A DNA stretch of 64,000 bases from Octopus vulgaris. Taxonomy: Eukaryota. Position 1 is the first letter of the stretch; each line of letters begins with the position of its first letter. The DNA lies in NCBI GenBank assembly GCA_951406725.2, contig OX597818.1, forward strand, positions 11,904,001-11,968,000. The letters run 5' to 3'. Of the stretch, positions 27,941-40,929 are shown one piece after another. The position numbers and the translations under genes were made by a program. Under the pieces are notes generated by a model. It was not told the origin of the DNA and made no database searches. It saw only the letters and a program-made list of their open reading frames with translations.

Positions 27941-28989
27941 AACTGTAATCAATAAAAGAAATTAATGAATATATGCATAGCAACATCATCATTTTAACAC
28001 TTACTTTTCCATATTCAACCAAGTCAAACATGACTTTGTTGAGGCAGAATTTTCTATGAGTGGATACTTTTACTATCACCAAGCTTCACCTGTTTCCAAA
28101 CAATGAACAGCCAGGATATGCTTTCTTAAAGAATAGCATACAAATGACACCATTTACATGAACAGTGAGGCTTTGTTTACAATCAGCACAATCCAAACAA
28201 AGCCAGACATGCTTTCATAAAGAATTGCAAACAGAAGACACCATTTGTACAAACAGTGACACTTTACTTACAATTAGTAAACATGTTAAGAAAAGGAGGG
28301 ATATGCACTCACACACATTCCAGATTCCACTCACAAGATGTTGGTCAAACCACAGATAGAGTAGAAAGCGCCAACGATGTCCACACAATGTAATTGAACT
28401 GAAACCATGTGGCCCTGAAGAGGACTTTTTAACCACATAGTTATGCATGCATGTTTGTATTCATTCAGAGCCTTGAAAACCACTTATTCTGATCACTTTG
28501 GGACAGAACTGTTTAGATATCAAGAAACAACTAACATTAAGCAGAGAATGTAACAATATTTGGAACATATTTGGGACCCATTCATTTTAATAATATCCAC
28601 TTGATAACACTAGCTACGATTACAATAGAAGCTTCCATCATATATACACATCTATACAATGGATTTGTATTAGTTCTGACAAAGAGTATTCCAGTTCTCT
28701 GATCAGCTAAATTAACAACTAACCCAGAGTATTATGAAGTGGTTGAGTATTCAACAAACATTTGTATGTTTAACAATCCTCAAGAAGACTCAGTATGACA
28801 TGTGATAAGGCTAGCCTTTGGAATAATAGCCAAATCCAACGAACTTCAAAATAGTTTTCATCTTCCTAGTTTCACTAATAAGGTACTGTGTAGTGGGACT
28901 GAACATGGAATCTCACACTGTAAAACAAACAACCATTTTGCCATGCTTCTACAAACATTCTTTTACATTCATACCTGTATGTATGTATG

Positions 28990-29026
<37 letters not shown>

Positions 29027-30733
29027 ACACAGAGTAAGATATAAAAAAAATTACATTTCTATTCTCACAAAACATGGTTTATATCTAACAATCAGTCCCA
29101 ATAAATATAACATTTTAACAGTTTTGGCTACACAAGACATAGCAAACACTTTAATTGTTGTGACTATACAAGAATACATTTTTACTGTTTTGGTTACATA
29201 CCATAAATTTAACTTACATTAGCTACATTACATCATGCATTTTAATTATTATGATTGCACAATGCATAAAATTTTAAGTATTATAGCCAGAGAACACACT
29301 GTACATTTTAACTACTGTAGCTATACAACAACAAAGTGATTTGGGGTCATCAGTAACTGTGCTTGCTTTAATGACACCAGTCCTATGGAGCAGTATAAAC
29401 TGATGGAGAATTCAAGACTCATAACTTATTGACAACAGGACCTTCACTGCAATTTTAACTTTTGATCCCCTAACTATATCTCAACCATTAAAACTACCTC
29501 AGGGCAACAATTTTGTCAACCCTATTTGTTTTATTAGCACTACAAACACTTGTATTGTTTCTGATTCAGGTCAATATTGATTGACTTTTTCAGCAGTAAA
29601 GATGTCAGAAAATGATTTCTTTGTGACTGAAACACTCCAGCCTTTTTATTGTCTTTGATGTATAAAGCAGCAGTCATTGTCACAGACAGTTCATTGCTGT
29701 TAGTCCTCAAATTATGAGTGTATGATTAAACAGTGCAGTAAGTGTTCTAGAAACAGCATCTCATTGGCATGCATTTCTCACAACTTATATAAGGCATTTA
29801 ATTTCCTGTGTTGATATTAAAGATAGCCATGGATCAATGCCATTACTTCATCATCCATTAGGAACACCCTCAGTCTTGAGTAATTGTACTTATCAACTAA
29901 ACTTCACTTGGTTAGACAGATATATGAATCTGTATGGTGGAAATATGCTACTCTTGTAAGGGTGCCAAGACATGGAGAGATCAACAGCATAATAAAGAGT
30001 TGAGCTGTTAAAACAGAGTTCCCAGCTTTCTGAAGCCAGTGGGCTTCGATCATGCTGAAGGGTACAGGCCAAATAAAATGACATCACTTCATTTTAGAAA
30101 CAAGGGAATTATCTGACAGATTTGCTTAATCTCTTGTAACTGAATGTATAATAGACTCAATAGCCTTAAACCTACGTGCTAAGGAAATAAAATCTAGAAA
30201 GTATTATAACCTTCTTAGGGATTATATATTTCAACATGTAGAGTCTGAACCCCAAAATAATTCAGGAATGTGTTTGAAGGTGTCAAAAGTGGAAAGTAAG
30301 CTCTTATAAGTCACATGGATATTTCCGTGAATTTCAATTGCAATTATGAGAAGCAACTTTTAAGCATGGATACTTAACACCACTAATACTACTATGGTAA
30401 AATTGATGTCACACATTTATTCAATAAGTATTACTTGTACAAAATGATTTAGAGTATTAGATACTAAATGTTATCCTATCAAGTAGTGGTGAATAAAAAG
30501 AAAGAAGTGATTATGATTATGCCTTGCAATTGTATGCAGTAATTCTACCGCTGTTTAATTCATAAAGACAAACATAAATTCAAAAATGACAACTTTATGA
30601 GAAAATATTACAGGAATAATATGCAATCACTGACACAAAAGCAAACTTATATATAGTAAGTATGAACAAACAAAGTATGAAGAAAAAAAAGCAAACATAC
30701 ACACATCACAGAAAAAGATATGTGGGCGTAAAT

Positions 30734-30788
<55 letters not shown>

Positions 30789-30789
30789 A

Positions 30790-31565
30790 AATCAAAATAG
30801 ATGAACATCAATGGAATTTGTATCTTTGTGGTACCAGTGCCGGTGGCACATAAGAAAACCATCCGAACGTGGGCATAGCCAGTACCGCATCGACTGGCCT
30901 CCGTGCTGTGGGCACGTAACAAACACCATCCGATCGTGACCGTTCGCCAGCCTCGTCTGGCACCTGTGTCGGTGGCACATAAAAAACACCATCCAAGCGT
31001 GGCCATTCGCCAGCCTCGTCTGGCACCTGTGTCGGTGGCACATAAAAAACACCATCCGAGCGTGGCCGTTCGCCAGCCTCGTCTGGCACCTGTGTCGGTG
31101 GCACATAAAATCACCCACTACACTCTTGGAGTGGTTGGCATTAGGAAGGGCATCCAGCTGTAGAAACACTACCAGATCTGACTGGCTTGGAGCAGCCTTC
31201 GGGCTCCCCAGACCCCAGTTGAATCGTCCAACCCATGCTAGCATGGAAACGAAGATGATGATGATGATGAAAAACACCATCCAATCGTGGCCATTGCCAG
31301 CCTCGCCTGGCCCCCGTGCCAGTGGCACATAAAAAGCACCATCCGTCCGTGGCCGTTTGCCAGCTCCGTCTGGCACCTGTGCGGGTGGCACGTAAAAAGC
31401 ACCCACTACACTCACAGAGTGGTTGGCGTTAGGAAGGGCATCCAGCCATAGAAACACTGCCAGATCAGACTGGGCCTGATGCAGCCTTCTGGCTTCACAG
31501 ACCCCAGTTGAACCGTCCAACCCATGCTAGCATGGAAGGCAGACGCTAAATGATGATGATGATGA
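30790..31565 (+). mobile_element. Two tandem RTE 3'-tail copies containing 63-bp tandem repeats
   Basis: Repeat units start at 30961, 31024 and 31087 (period 63). Each copy ends ccaacccatgctagcatggaa..(GAT)n and is homologous to 52700-53215. Confidence 0.85.
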
Positions 31566-31699
31566 TATATATATATATATATATATACACAGACATACAT
31601 ATACAGAGTATGGTGAATAAACTGTTGTCTAAATTACGCAAAAATGAAAATAACGCTGACATCTTATTTTAATATACAAACATATGTATACACACATAC

Positions 31700-31890
31700 A
31701 TCATCATCGTTTAACGTCCGCTTTCCATGCAAGCATGGGTTGGACGATTTGACTGATGACTGGCGAACCAGATGGCTGCACCAGACTCCAATCTGATCTG
31801 ACAGTTTCTACAGCTGGATGCCCTTCCTAACTCCGTGAGTGCAGTGGGTGCTTTTACGTGCCACCGGCACGAGGGCTAGTCAGGCGATGA
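31700..31890 (-). mobile_element. RTE 3'-tail copy, inverted; similar copies at ~50833-51000(-), 54686-54855(-), 55847-55915(+), 56600-56900(-), 59200-59378(+)
   Basis: catcatcatcgtttaacgtccgctttccatgc..ggatgcccttcctaa is the reverse complement of the tail above. Confidence 0.8.
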
Positions 31891-32199
31891 TACATACATA
31901 CATATATATATATGTATACACACACACACATATATACACACATACACATATATATACACATATTTATATAAACACACATACATATATATACACACACATA
32001 TACATGAATATAAGTATGAATGTATGTATGTATTATGTATGTATGTATGTATGTACGTATACGCATGAGCTCGATTGAAAGTAAAAGTCTAATAAGCAAA
32101 CAAAAATTAATATCATAATATGAATACAACAGAAATGTAACTATTTTTAAAAAAATGGAAAATAAGAGAAAATAAGAGAACAAAAAATAAGTGCCTACT

Positions 32200-32620
32200 T
32201 CTTGATAATGTTTGATAGATGTTCGTTTACGTCCGTCAGTCTTAAGGCAGTTTCATTAACTAAATACTCTGGTATTCAAAAAAAAAAAAAGTTCCTGATA
32301 TATGGGTAATAACAAAAAATGATTTGTAGAAAATCCGGTGTGAAAGCAACCACCTGTTTAACGAAACACGACCTGACCTCTTTCGTGACACGATAACTTT
32401 CACGGCAGTACAACAGCAGTAGTAGCAGTGAAAACGAAAAAAAAAAAAAAAACACAATACCAGCGATGATGAATAACGGGTAAAAAATTAATAATGTGTT
32501 CCTGCCCTCTATACGCAACGTCGAACAGACGGACACGCCGCCTACATAACAATGTGAAAGTAAAATAATGTGAGTGCCGAGAGTCAACGAAGGTAAGCGA
32601 CCCCTTTATATTACGGTCAC
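32200..32620. promoter_or_regulatory. CpG-rich promoter-like patch; likely ATP7 promoter / non-coding exon 1, possibly bidirectional
   Basis: Non-repetitive sequence with many CpGs, in contrast to the CpG-poor flank on the left. Minus-strand TATAAAGG at 32610-32603; candidate minus donors GAC|GTAAAC (~32230) or AA|GTAGGC (~32198); plus-strand donor AAG|GTAAGC at 32592/32593. Confidence 0.5.
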
Positions 32621-32656
32621 TAACACGAAGATATAAATTCCCACCAAAAAGAATTA

Positions 32657-32716
<60 letters not shown>

Positions 32717-32906
32717 AAACACGCCCTATGTAAACAAACAAGTTTGTTTTCGAAGCGTTGAAATGTATAACAAGTAGAAAGATAAATTTTATTCAACGCA
32801 TAGATATTGAACAGTATATATATATATATATATATAATATATAATATATATATATATAAAGGATAACCCCACTTTTTTTTTTCCTTTTAAAGCAGAAAAA
32901 AAAAGG

Positions 32907-32948
<42 letters not shown>

Positions 32949-33359
32949 TGTTCAGTATCTATGCATTGAATAAAATTTATCTTCCTACTTGTTCTATATA
33001 TATAAACATCTTATATTTGTATCAGACATTAGACTGCGGCTTTTCTGTGTTCAGTCGAAGAAATCGATCCAGGGTACTAATTTTTTTTAAAGCATGGTAC
33101 TTTATTCTATCTCTTTTGCCCAAATTGTTCCCCAATTACGGGAACCTAAACAAATACTGCTTTATACACCTATGTATACATACTGGCCGACTTCTGCAGT
33201 TTCAGTTTAGTAAATTCACTCACAGGGCGAAGTGCCCTGTAGTGGGATAGAACCCGAAGCCATGAGGTTGCAAAGCGGGCTTCTTAACCACACAGCCATG
33301 TATGTGTATCACAATGTCATCTTTCAAAGAATTAGTAGTAACTGTGTGGGAGGGGGGCG

Positions 33360-34290
33360 TGCCTCCACTGACTTTGTTTCTTCATAACTTTCAGAAAAAT
33401 GAATATTTTTTCTAATGAGTTTTTCTACAAATACCTTTCGGATGGTGTAGATTCCAAATATATCGGAATTTGTTATGAAAAAGTTTTTTTAAAGAGTTAG
33501 TAAAGGAGTTTCAGATAATTCACACGAGTTGAATTTGTTTCCTCATAACTTCCAGGAAAATTGGCATTTTTTTTTTTTTTTAATAAACCTTTCTCAAGAC
33601 GGGCATTTTTTGGATATGATTATATCGAAAAAAAATGTGATGGATGCGCACACATACACACTGACGCATGCTTTTGTCAAAATTTCAAGTTTCTGTGTGT
33701 GCGCGCGAAATTGTAAGGATCTTTTGGATGTTGACTGATGAAGAATTAGCTACGAATTTTCTTTTTGTTATGTTTTTGTAAAATTTTCTGTTTGTTGTAT
33801 TTTTGTTAAATTTTTGAAACGATAACCTTTATTGTTTTTGTTTTTTTTAACATTAAATTATGATATAATCGGAATCAACAGCATATGAAAGGTATTCGAA
33901 GAAGATTTCATAAAAAATACCCATTTTTTGTGTGTGTGTGTGTGTGTTTTTTTTTAACCTGAAAACAGTTGTCGTGAGTGAGTTAGCCGAAACTCCTCAC
34001 CTCACACCTTCGAAAATATTTTTTCAGAAAGTTATGAGGAAACAAAATCGGAAGAAGGTACACTTGTGTTAGGATGCCATTTAGATTCCGATCATATCGG
34101 AATTTGTCGTGATTTTTTTTTTTTTTTTTTTTTTTTTCAGGGAGGAATAGAATAGAGAAGTTTCGGATAATTCACAGAAGTCAACCTCGTTTCCTCGTAA
34201 CTTTCGAAAAAAAAAAAAATTTTTTTATGAAATTTTTTTCTACAAATACTTTTCAGGTGGTGTATATTGTGACTATATCAGATTTTAATG
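33360..34290. repeat. Compound repeat with direct and inverted subunits; related to 18430-18790
   Basis: Recurrent tttcctcataacttt..gaaaa / ttttctacaaatac units in both orientations. Confidence 0.6.
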
Positions 34291-34472
34291 TAAGGACGCA
34301 CGCATTTATGTATGCACATGACGTTCATATCTTTTCAAGTGGTAGAAATTACCATTGGCTATTTTAACAGAACAGTTTCGCAAGATCTCTTTCCAGACAT
34401 CATTATATTATCTAAAGAAATAAAGAATAAATGCTTTATATATGCATATTTAATGTTTTCTGAATATCAAAC

Positions 34473-34525
<53 letters not shown>

Positions 34526-34529
34526 TTAT

Positions 34530-34885
34530 TGGCTGTGTGGTAAGTAGCTTGCTTACTGCGTGGCGCCTTGGGCAAGTGTCTTCTACTATAGCCTCGGGTC
34601 GACCAAAGCCTTGTGAGTGGATTTGGTAGACGAAAACTGAAAGAAACCCGTCGTATATATATATATACGTGTGTGTGCATGTTTGTGTGTCTGCGTTTGT
34701 CCCCACCCCCAACCCAACATCGCTTGACAACCGATGCTAGTGTTTTTACGTCCCCGTAACTTAGCAGTTCGGATACCGATAGAATAAGTACTAGGCTTAC
34801 AAAGAATAAGTCCTGGGGTAGATTTGCTCGACTAAAGGCGGTGCTCCAGCATGGCCACAGTCAAATGACTGAAACAAGTAAAAGA
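34530..34885 (+). mobile_element. SINE, dominant family
   Basis: Same head (internal deletion) and tail. Confidence 0.85.
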
Positions 34886-35716
34886 GTGTATATATATACG
34901 AACTTAAGCTTAATCAAAATATGTGACATATTTCAATTTCTATAGGCATATGCATTGCAGTTACCATAGATACCGTGGAGAGAAAAAAAATTCTGGCTTT
35001 ACCACGAGAAAAATTCTTTCTTTTCTTGTTTTCTCCACATTAACTGCAGCGAATTTTCCTTTAGAAGTTGAAATATGTCATATACTAGCCTTGTGTTCGC
35101 TTATGCCTAAATTATGGACGTATGGAGCTGTACCTGCCAGGCAAGTTATTTGATTTGAGACCGCGTGTTGCGGGAGGCACATGCTAGTCATATTCAGAAG
35201 CACTCAAAGGCTGTTAACTTCACGTGAAAATTTATCGTTTGTAATATGTCAAAATTTTCGTGGCTCGGAACGTTACACCACAGTCTCGAGCGATGAAAAT
35301 GTTCACACCATAAATACAAAACTAAATTTTCAAGTGAAGTTAAGTCTTTGTGTGTTTCTGAACGGTTAGCATGTAGCTTCCGCACTGCAATCGTTGTGTG
35401 TGTATATGTGACGACGCATGGCTAAGTGGTTAAGGTGTTGCACTCACGATCGCGACATCGTGATTTCAATACCTAGACCGAATGGTGTTTTGTGTTGTTG
35501 AGTAAAAACATTTTCATTTCATGTTGCTCCCCGATCACTTCAACACCTGACGCGTAGTACACCGTATACCTATTCAGGCAGCGTCGATTTGATGGAGAGA
35601 GAGTGAGCTAATATGTGCAGCACATGCATTTGATCACTACAAACAAACCATTTGTGCAGGTTGCTCGGCCAAACGCTGAACACTCATACGTCGTCTTTGA
35701 AGGGAGGTTCCATCAG

Positions 35717-35754
<38 letters not shown>

Positions 35755-35873
35755 AGGGAGAACTCACAAAAAAAAAAAAAAGACAAAGACAGGTGGTGTA
35801 GACAAGAAACAGAAGTATTAGTATAACGCTCGAGAAGTGAAAAAGTCTTTAACGTTTCGAGCCTACGCTCTTC

Positions 35874-35965
<92 letters not shown>

Positions 35966-36604
35966 TATGTAAGTGAGGTAGGCAGAATGAGTAAAATTTA
36001 CTGTATTTTTGATTGACGAAAACATTTTTTTAATACAAATGTCCACAACCTTACACAAGCTATATTAGCTAAACAAAAGTCCTCTAAATACATCAAAAGC
36101 ACTTTAATATGTTCAAAACAAAATGTTAGAAAATTATTACCGTTCTCTGAGTAAATAAGACATATAACTGGAGCAAAATGAGTAAGAGAAGTTAATTTGC
36201 CTATTCAAATCTCCAGAATTGTATTTGAAAAAAAAAAGACTCATACACATCAATATCCATCCCTAGATATCAGAAAGATCAGAAATGCAACAAACTTAAG
36301 ATATCTAGGGCAAATGGAAAAATGGCACGTGAAATTAACGAAACTCGACTAAATCTAAAAACTCAAAATATTCTCTATTGCTTCTTCACAGTCTGATGGA
36401 GTGGCTCTCTTTCCGATATATTTATGCACCCTACAGTTAAAGAGAATAAATTATTGAAATTAGCTATTACTCATTTTACCCCAATTTAGACATTGGTTTT
36501 GAAAGATGAAAATTATCCAATTAGACATTCGTGTGTAACAAAATTGACTTGGAATCCAACAGAGAAAAGAAAATATTGATTGTTAAACACCAAAAATTAA
36601 CCAG

Positions 36605-36796
36605 GTAATTTTATTAGCAACTTCAATTAAATTTGAAGAAAAGCTTCTCGAAGAAAAAGCTGTCACATCACTGTTTCAAACTCTCTCAACTTCAACAAGA
36701 AGTCCATCCTTTATTGCTGACCAATTTTTGCTCCCAGAGATGATGGAACAGTACAAAATAATGGTGCAATATTTGCAATGTAATGGTTTCGAACAG
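36605..36796 (+). other. Exon-like 64-codon open segment, unidentified
   Basis: Stop-free VILLATSIKFEEKLLEEKAVTSLFQTLSTSTRSPSFIADQFLLPEMMEQYKIMVQYLQCNGFEQ ending at donor CAG|GTAAGG. Acceptor at 36604 or 36617. No family recognised. Confidence 0.35.
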
Positions 36797-37989
36797 GTAA
36801 GGGGAAAAAAATGAGAAATCAGAAATTACTCGTTTTGCTCCTCATATTTGTGTGTGTGTGTGTGTGTGTGTAAACCAATGCTGGTAATGTTTTGACCAAA
36901 CATAGTGAACCCACTGTGTTTTAGTGTGGGTAACGAAACGAATTACACGTAAACAGGTCAGGTCAGATGTAGGGACATGTCCCGTTGCTGCGCGTATATT
37001 TCCGAGTCCTCCTGGACGACCTATCGAGCAGAGTCGACAATCAGTCCCCATTTCCGCGAAATACCTCCTCATCTGCCGTGACCATGTGGTTGACTAACAC
37101 GAGTCACCAACCCAACCGGATTCTCAGTGAAAAGAACACGGTTAGAAAGAAATTTTTGTTCTACCTTTAACCACTATATTAAATTAACAATATAATCTTT
37201 GCTGAAGAAATACTTTATACAATTGTATTGTATATATTATACTTACAAAACGTTATCAAAGTATGAATCTGAAGTAAGCATTATTGTTTCTTTAGAAATT
37301 TCATGACAGAAAAACACAACTGTAAGAGAAAATTGCAAGTCAACGTGCTGTCAAGAATGGACTGACTAACAATTCTTGTATTATACTGTGACTGCGGTTT
37401 AGGCTCGTATTTTTCTCCGCGTTTATGGCGGTAATATTGGTTTCAAGTTTTGGCTCAAACCCAGTTATATAGGTGCTTTAGTTTTAATTATCTTCTCCCT
37501 CTCTAGCTATCTCTTCAGAAACACAGCAAACACACATGTATATAATTGATCCATTAAAACATATATACCTCAGTGATTGTGTGTAATAGTTATAGGAGTT
37601 TCTTTTGTTCATATTATAAAGCCAACAAAAGTATATATAATAGAGCTTTCAACTAGTATTATTAGTCACGACTCGGATGACTCCTTTCTCCATTCGACTA
37701 GTACAATAATCGCTGTCAGGATGATGATGACGGCATTGATTAAAAACAAGTAATCAACAAGTAAATTTATAATAGAGTAAATGTTATTTTATGATAAAAC
37801 GTTTTTGTAAAATTGACACCCCTGTGATAATAGCGGTCATCATGATTATCATGCCACTACAATGAGAAAGAAACCGAGCTGTTTCTTCCAATAAATACAT
37901 CTAAAGCAAAATTTTTCCGTGGTTCTCCAATTTACAGTTTTACTTGCATGGATCCAGGTTGAGAACCACTGACTTAGAGAAACCATTGC

Positions 37990-38437
37990 AAGGAAAAAAC
38001 CGAACAAGAGTCTGAAAACTATCCACGTCCACCATGACGTTGCACGACATCGACACAAGAGCGGGAACGAAATTTGCGGATTTTTTTGTTTTTTCCAAAG
38101 CGTTTACAATGCTTTTGCAAAAGAAAATTTTAAAAAAAGGCAATCGACAAATCGTGCTTGTTGGTGGTTTTCCATCCAGCGTACAGCTTGGATCTGACGT
38201 CCTTTAACTTCGGTCCTCGGGAACAACAATTTGGTGACACAGACGATGTGAAAGTGGCGACAACAGTACACACTTCACCCAAAATGAATACGAGATGGGT
38301 TCAACGCTGGCGCAAATCTATCGACTGTGGTGGAAATATGTTGAGTAGTACCTTTCTACAAAGATGCAATCTGAACGACCTATTTCACTTAAGAAAAAGT
38401 TAAGCCCACTTTTGCATTACTTTCGGAACAATCTTCG
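37990..38437 (+). mobile_element. Mariner 3' fragment
   Basis: HPAYSLDLTSFNF resembles HPPYSPDLAPSDF; RWRKSIDCGG; TIR-like end. Confidence 0.75.
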
Positions 38438-38444
38438 ATGTGTG

Positions 38445-38790
38445 TACACACACATCTATCATCTTTTACTTGTTTCAGTTATTTGACTGTAGCCATGCTG
38501 GGATATCGCCTTGGAGAATTTTTAGTCGAATGAATCGACTCCAATGTCTATTTTTAAAACCTGATACTTATTATATTGGTCTCTACCGAACAGCTAAATT
38601 ACGGGGACGTAAACACGCCAGCACTGGTTGTCAAGCAGTGACGGGCTTCTTTCAGTTTCGTCTACCAAATACACTCACATGGAGTTGGTTGGCCCAAGGC
38701 TATGGTAGAAGACACTTGCCCAAGGTGCCATGCAGTGGGACTGAACCCGAAACGATGTGGTTGGAAAGCAAGCTTATCACACAGGCACGC
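38445..38790 (-). mobile_element. SINE, dominant family
   Basis: Reverse-complement match; explains the 205-aa ORF 38440-39057. Confidence 0.85.
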
Positions 38791-40929
38791 CACCAATATC
38801 TAACACACACACATACCTATATATGTGTGTGTGTGTGTGTGTTTATTTATGGAGTGTTATGGGTGGTGTACAGATCACCCCCCCCCCAAAAAAAAAATCA
38901 ATGTTCTCTTCTAAACAAAATCCTCCAAAAACATCTGTTTTATATAAATGAACAAGCTGTTTGTACATTTACAAAATTCTATTTGACAAAAAATTCTGGC
39001 GACTTTTTTTCTCAATATCTATTTATGTATATACATACACACAGCGTACATACATGAAACAATGATAGGAGCAAGGCTGACATTCACTCTGAAACCTTTT
39101 CAGAAACAACACTCCTATAACTTTTGTATTAAGATATTCCTATCTACCAAAGCATGCACAGAATAAAAGGTGAGAAAGAGGAAGAGTGAGAATTGAATAG
39201 AATTTCTAAAGACGTCAATTGCTAAATAAACCAAAAGATCCGGGAGCCAGAAATTTAAGATCAAAGGTTAAAGTCTAAGTATTCACTGTTGAAATATCAA
39301 TTAAAATTTTGTCCTTATGATATTTTGATGATACGAGACTGAGTTTTCCTATTATTGGCTCTTTAATTTTCTCTAGCCATTAAGATAATTTTTCTTTTCT
39401 ACTAAAAGTACAAGGCCTGAAATTATTACTGACTCCTGTGCTCGACTGGTACTAGCTTTATCGACCACGAAAGGAAAAAAGGCAAAGTTGACCTCGGAGG
39501 AATTTGAACTCAGAACGCAAAGCCAGAAGAAATGCCGCTAAACATTTTGTCCGATGCGGTAACACTTCAGACAGCTCGCCGCTTAAGCCATTAAGATCAT
39601 TTTTTGGCACGTTGTTGTGTACATTCAGTGTTGACCTGAATTCCTATATCCACTCTTCCGCCGGAGTGTGCGAACTTGTTAACAGTTTGCTGAACACTGA
39701 CTTTTGACTTCTTCGAAAAAGTTATGAGACCAATCACACTACAGAGTCAAATGTCTCTTCCCACCCACGCTGTAGGAAGTGAATTAGTTCTTCAATATTT
39801 TGCAGTTAAGGTTAATCACTGGGTTTACTGTGCGCCTAATTTTCTAGTTTAATATTTACTTCTGAGGATTAATAAAGTCCATTTTCCGAGATGCCAGTAA
39901 GGAAATCTATGAGCGTTTATATTTATATGAATGACGGCTTGTGCATGTGTGCGTACACACGTGCATGTATAACTATACATTAGTGTAATTTCATGTTTAC
40001 ATATGTTCCTGCCTCTACACCGTCACTTGCTTTCCTCTTGCTTACAACTCTTTAACCAGTCAGTCTATTTGTGGTTGTCCCTACTAAATCAACCATCAAC
40101 TTCAATTTTATTCGGTTTCCTCACTCTCAAGGAACCAAAGTAAAGAAATGTTATATTTCACAATCCTCGCGTCGAATAAACTTTACGATTCTTCCAAATT
40201 TATACTGACTGGTTTTTACGGGCGCAGACCGTCACTATTTTCCTCTGAATCTAGATTTTGCCTTATTTTAATGCGATATTATAGAATTCCGAACTGTTTA
40301 CACAAAACTCTTGGCTAACCATGTGATAGCTTAGCAAATTTGGAGAATTAAGCAAACCAGTTGTTAAAATCTTGACAGCTTACCACTAGGTACATCAATA
40401 CAGTGATTCACTTATCAATAATTTTCGCGCGTACGGAGACGACGAGGCTTCGCTGAGAAGGTCTAATAAGATTAAAACCTATCTGGAGTTATCTTCCGCA
40501 CTTGCCATAATCACATTAGAACAGTATTAACCATTGGGTTAATGTTTCCATTTATTTATTCTCACCCCACTATGCTATGTATGACGGTACTAACTTGACT
40601 TGTATTTCATGCAGATGAGCTCTGAATAATTTCTCCCTATAATATAACAGCCCTACTGATGGATTTAGAGGGTGTTGAAATAGCTTTCTTCTTCTCGGTG
40701 GTTCGTGCATGAAACTAGTTAGGCTTTATACACTGTTCCATGTATTTCTATGTAAGCCAGTGTCTCTCAACCATTTTTTGCCTATGGATCCCCTTTGATT
40801 CCTATTTTACCCTGCTGGAGCCCCAAAGCCATTCGTGGTACATGACAAAAACAATCTTTATTTCTATAATTTTTCTTTACTAGTTTCTGCTCGAGAGCTG
40901 GAACACCACCGTTAGCTTCGCTACACTTT

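Noticed and set aside
30647-31520. 155-242 aa Cys/His-repeat ORFs, or a CRISPR-like array
   Set aside because: 63-bp head-to-tail units with no unique spacers, within the RTE 3'UTR; no cas genes; eukaryotic context.
38440-39057. 205-aa ORF
   Set aside because: Antisense SINE plus microsatellite and MITE sequence.
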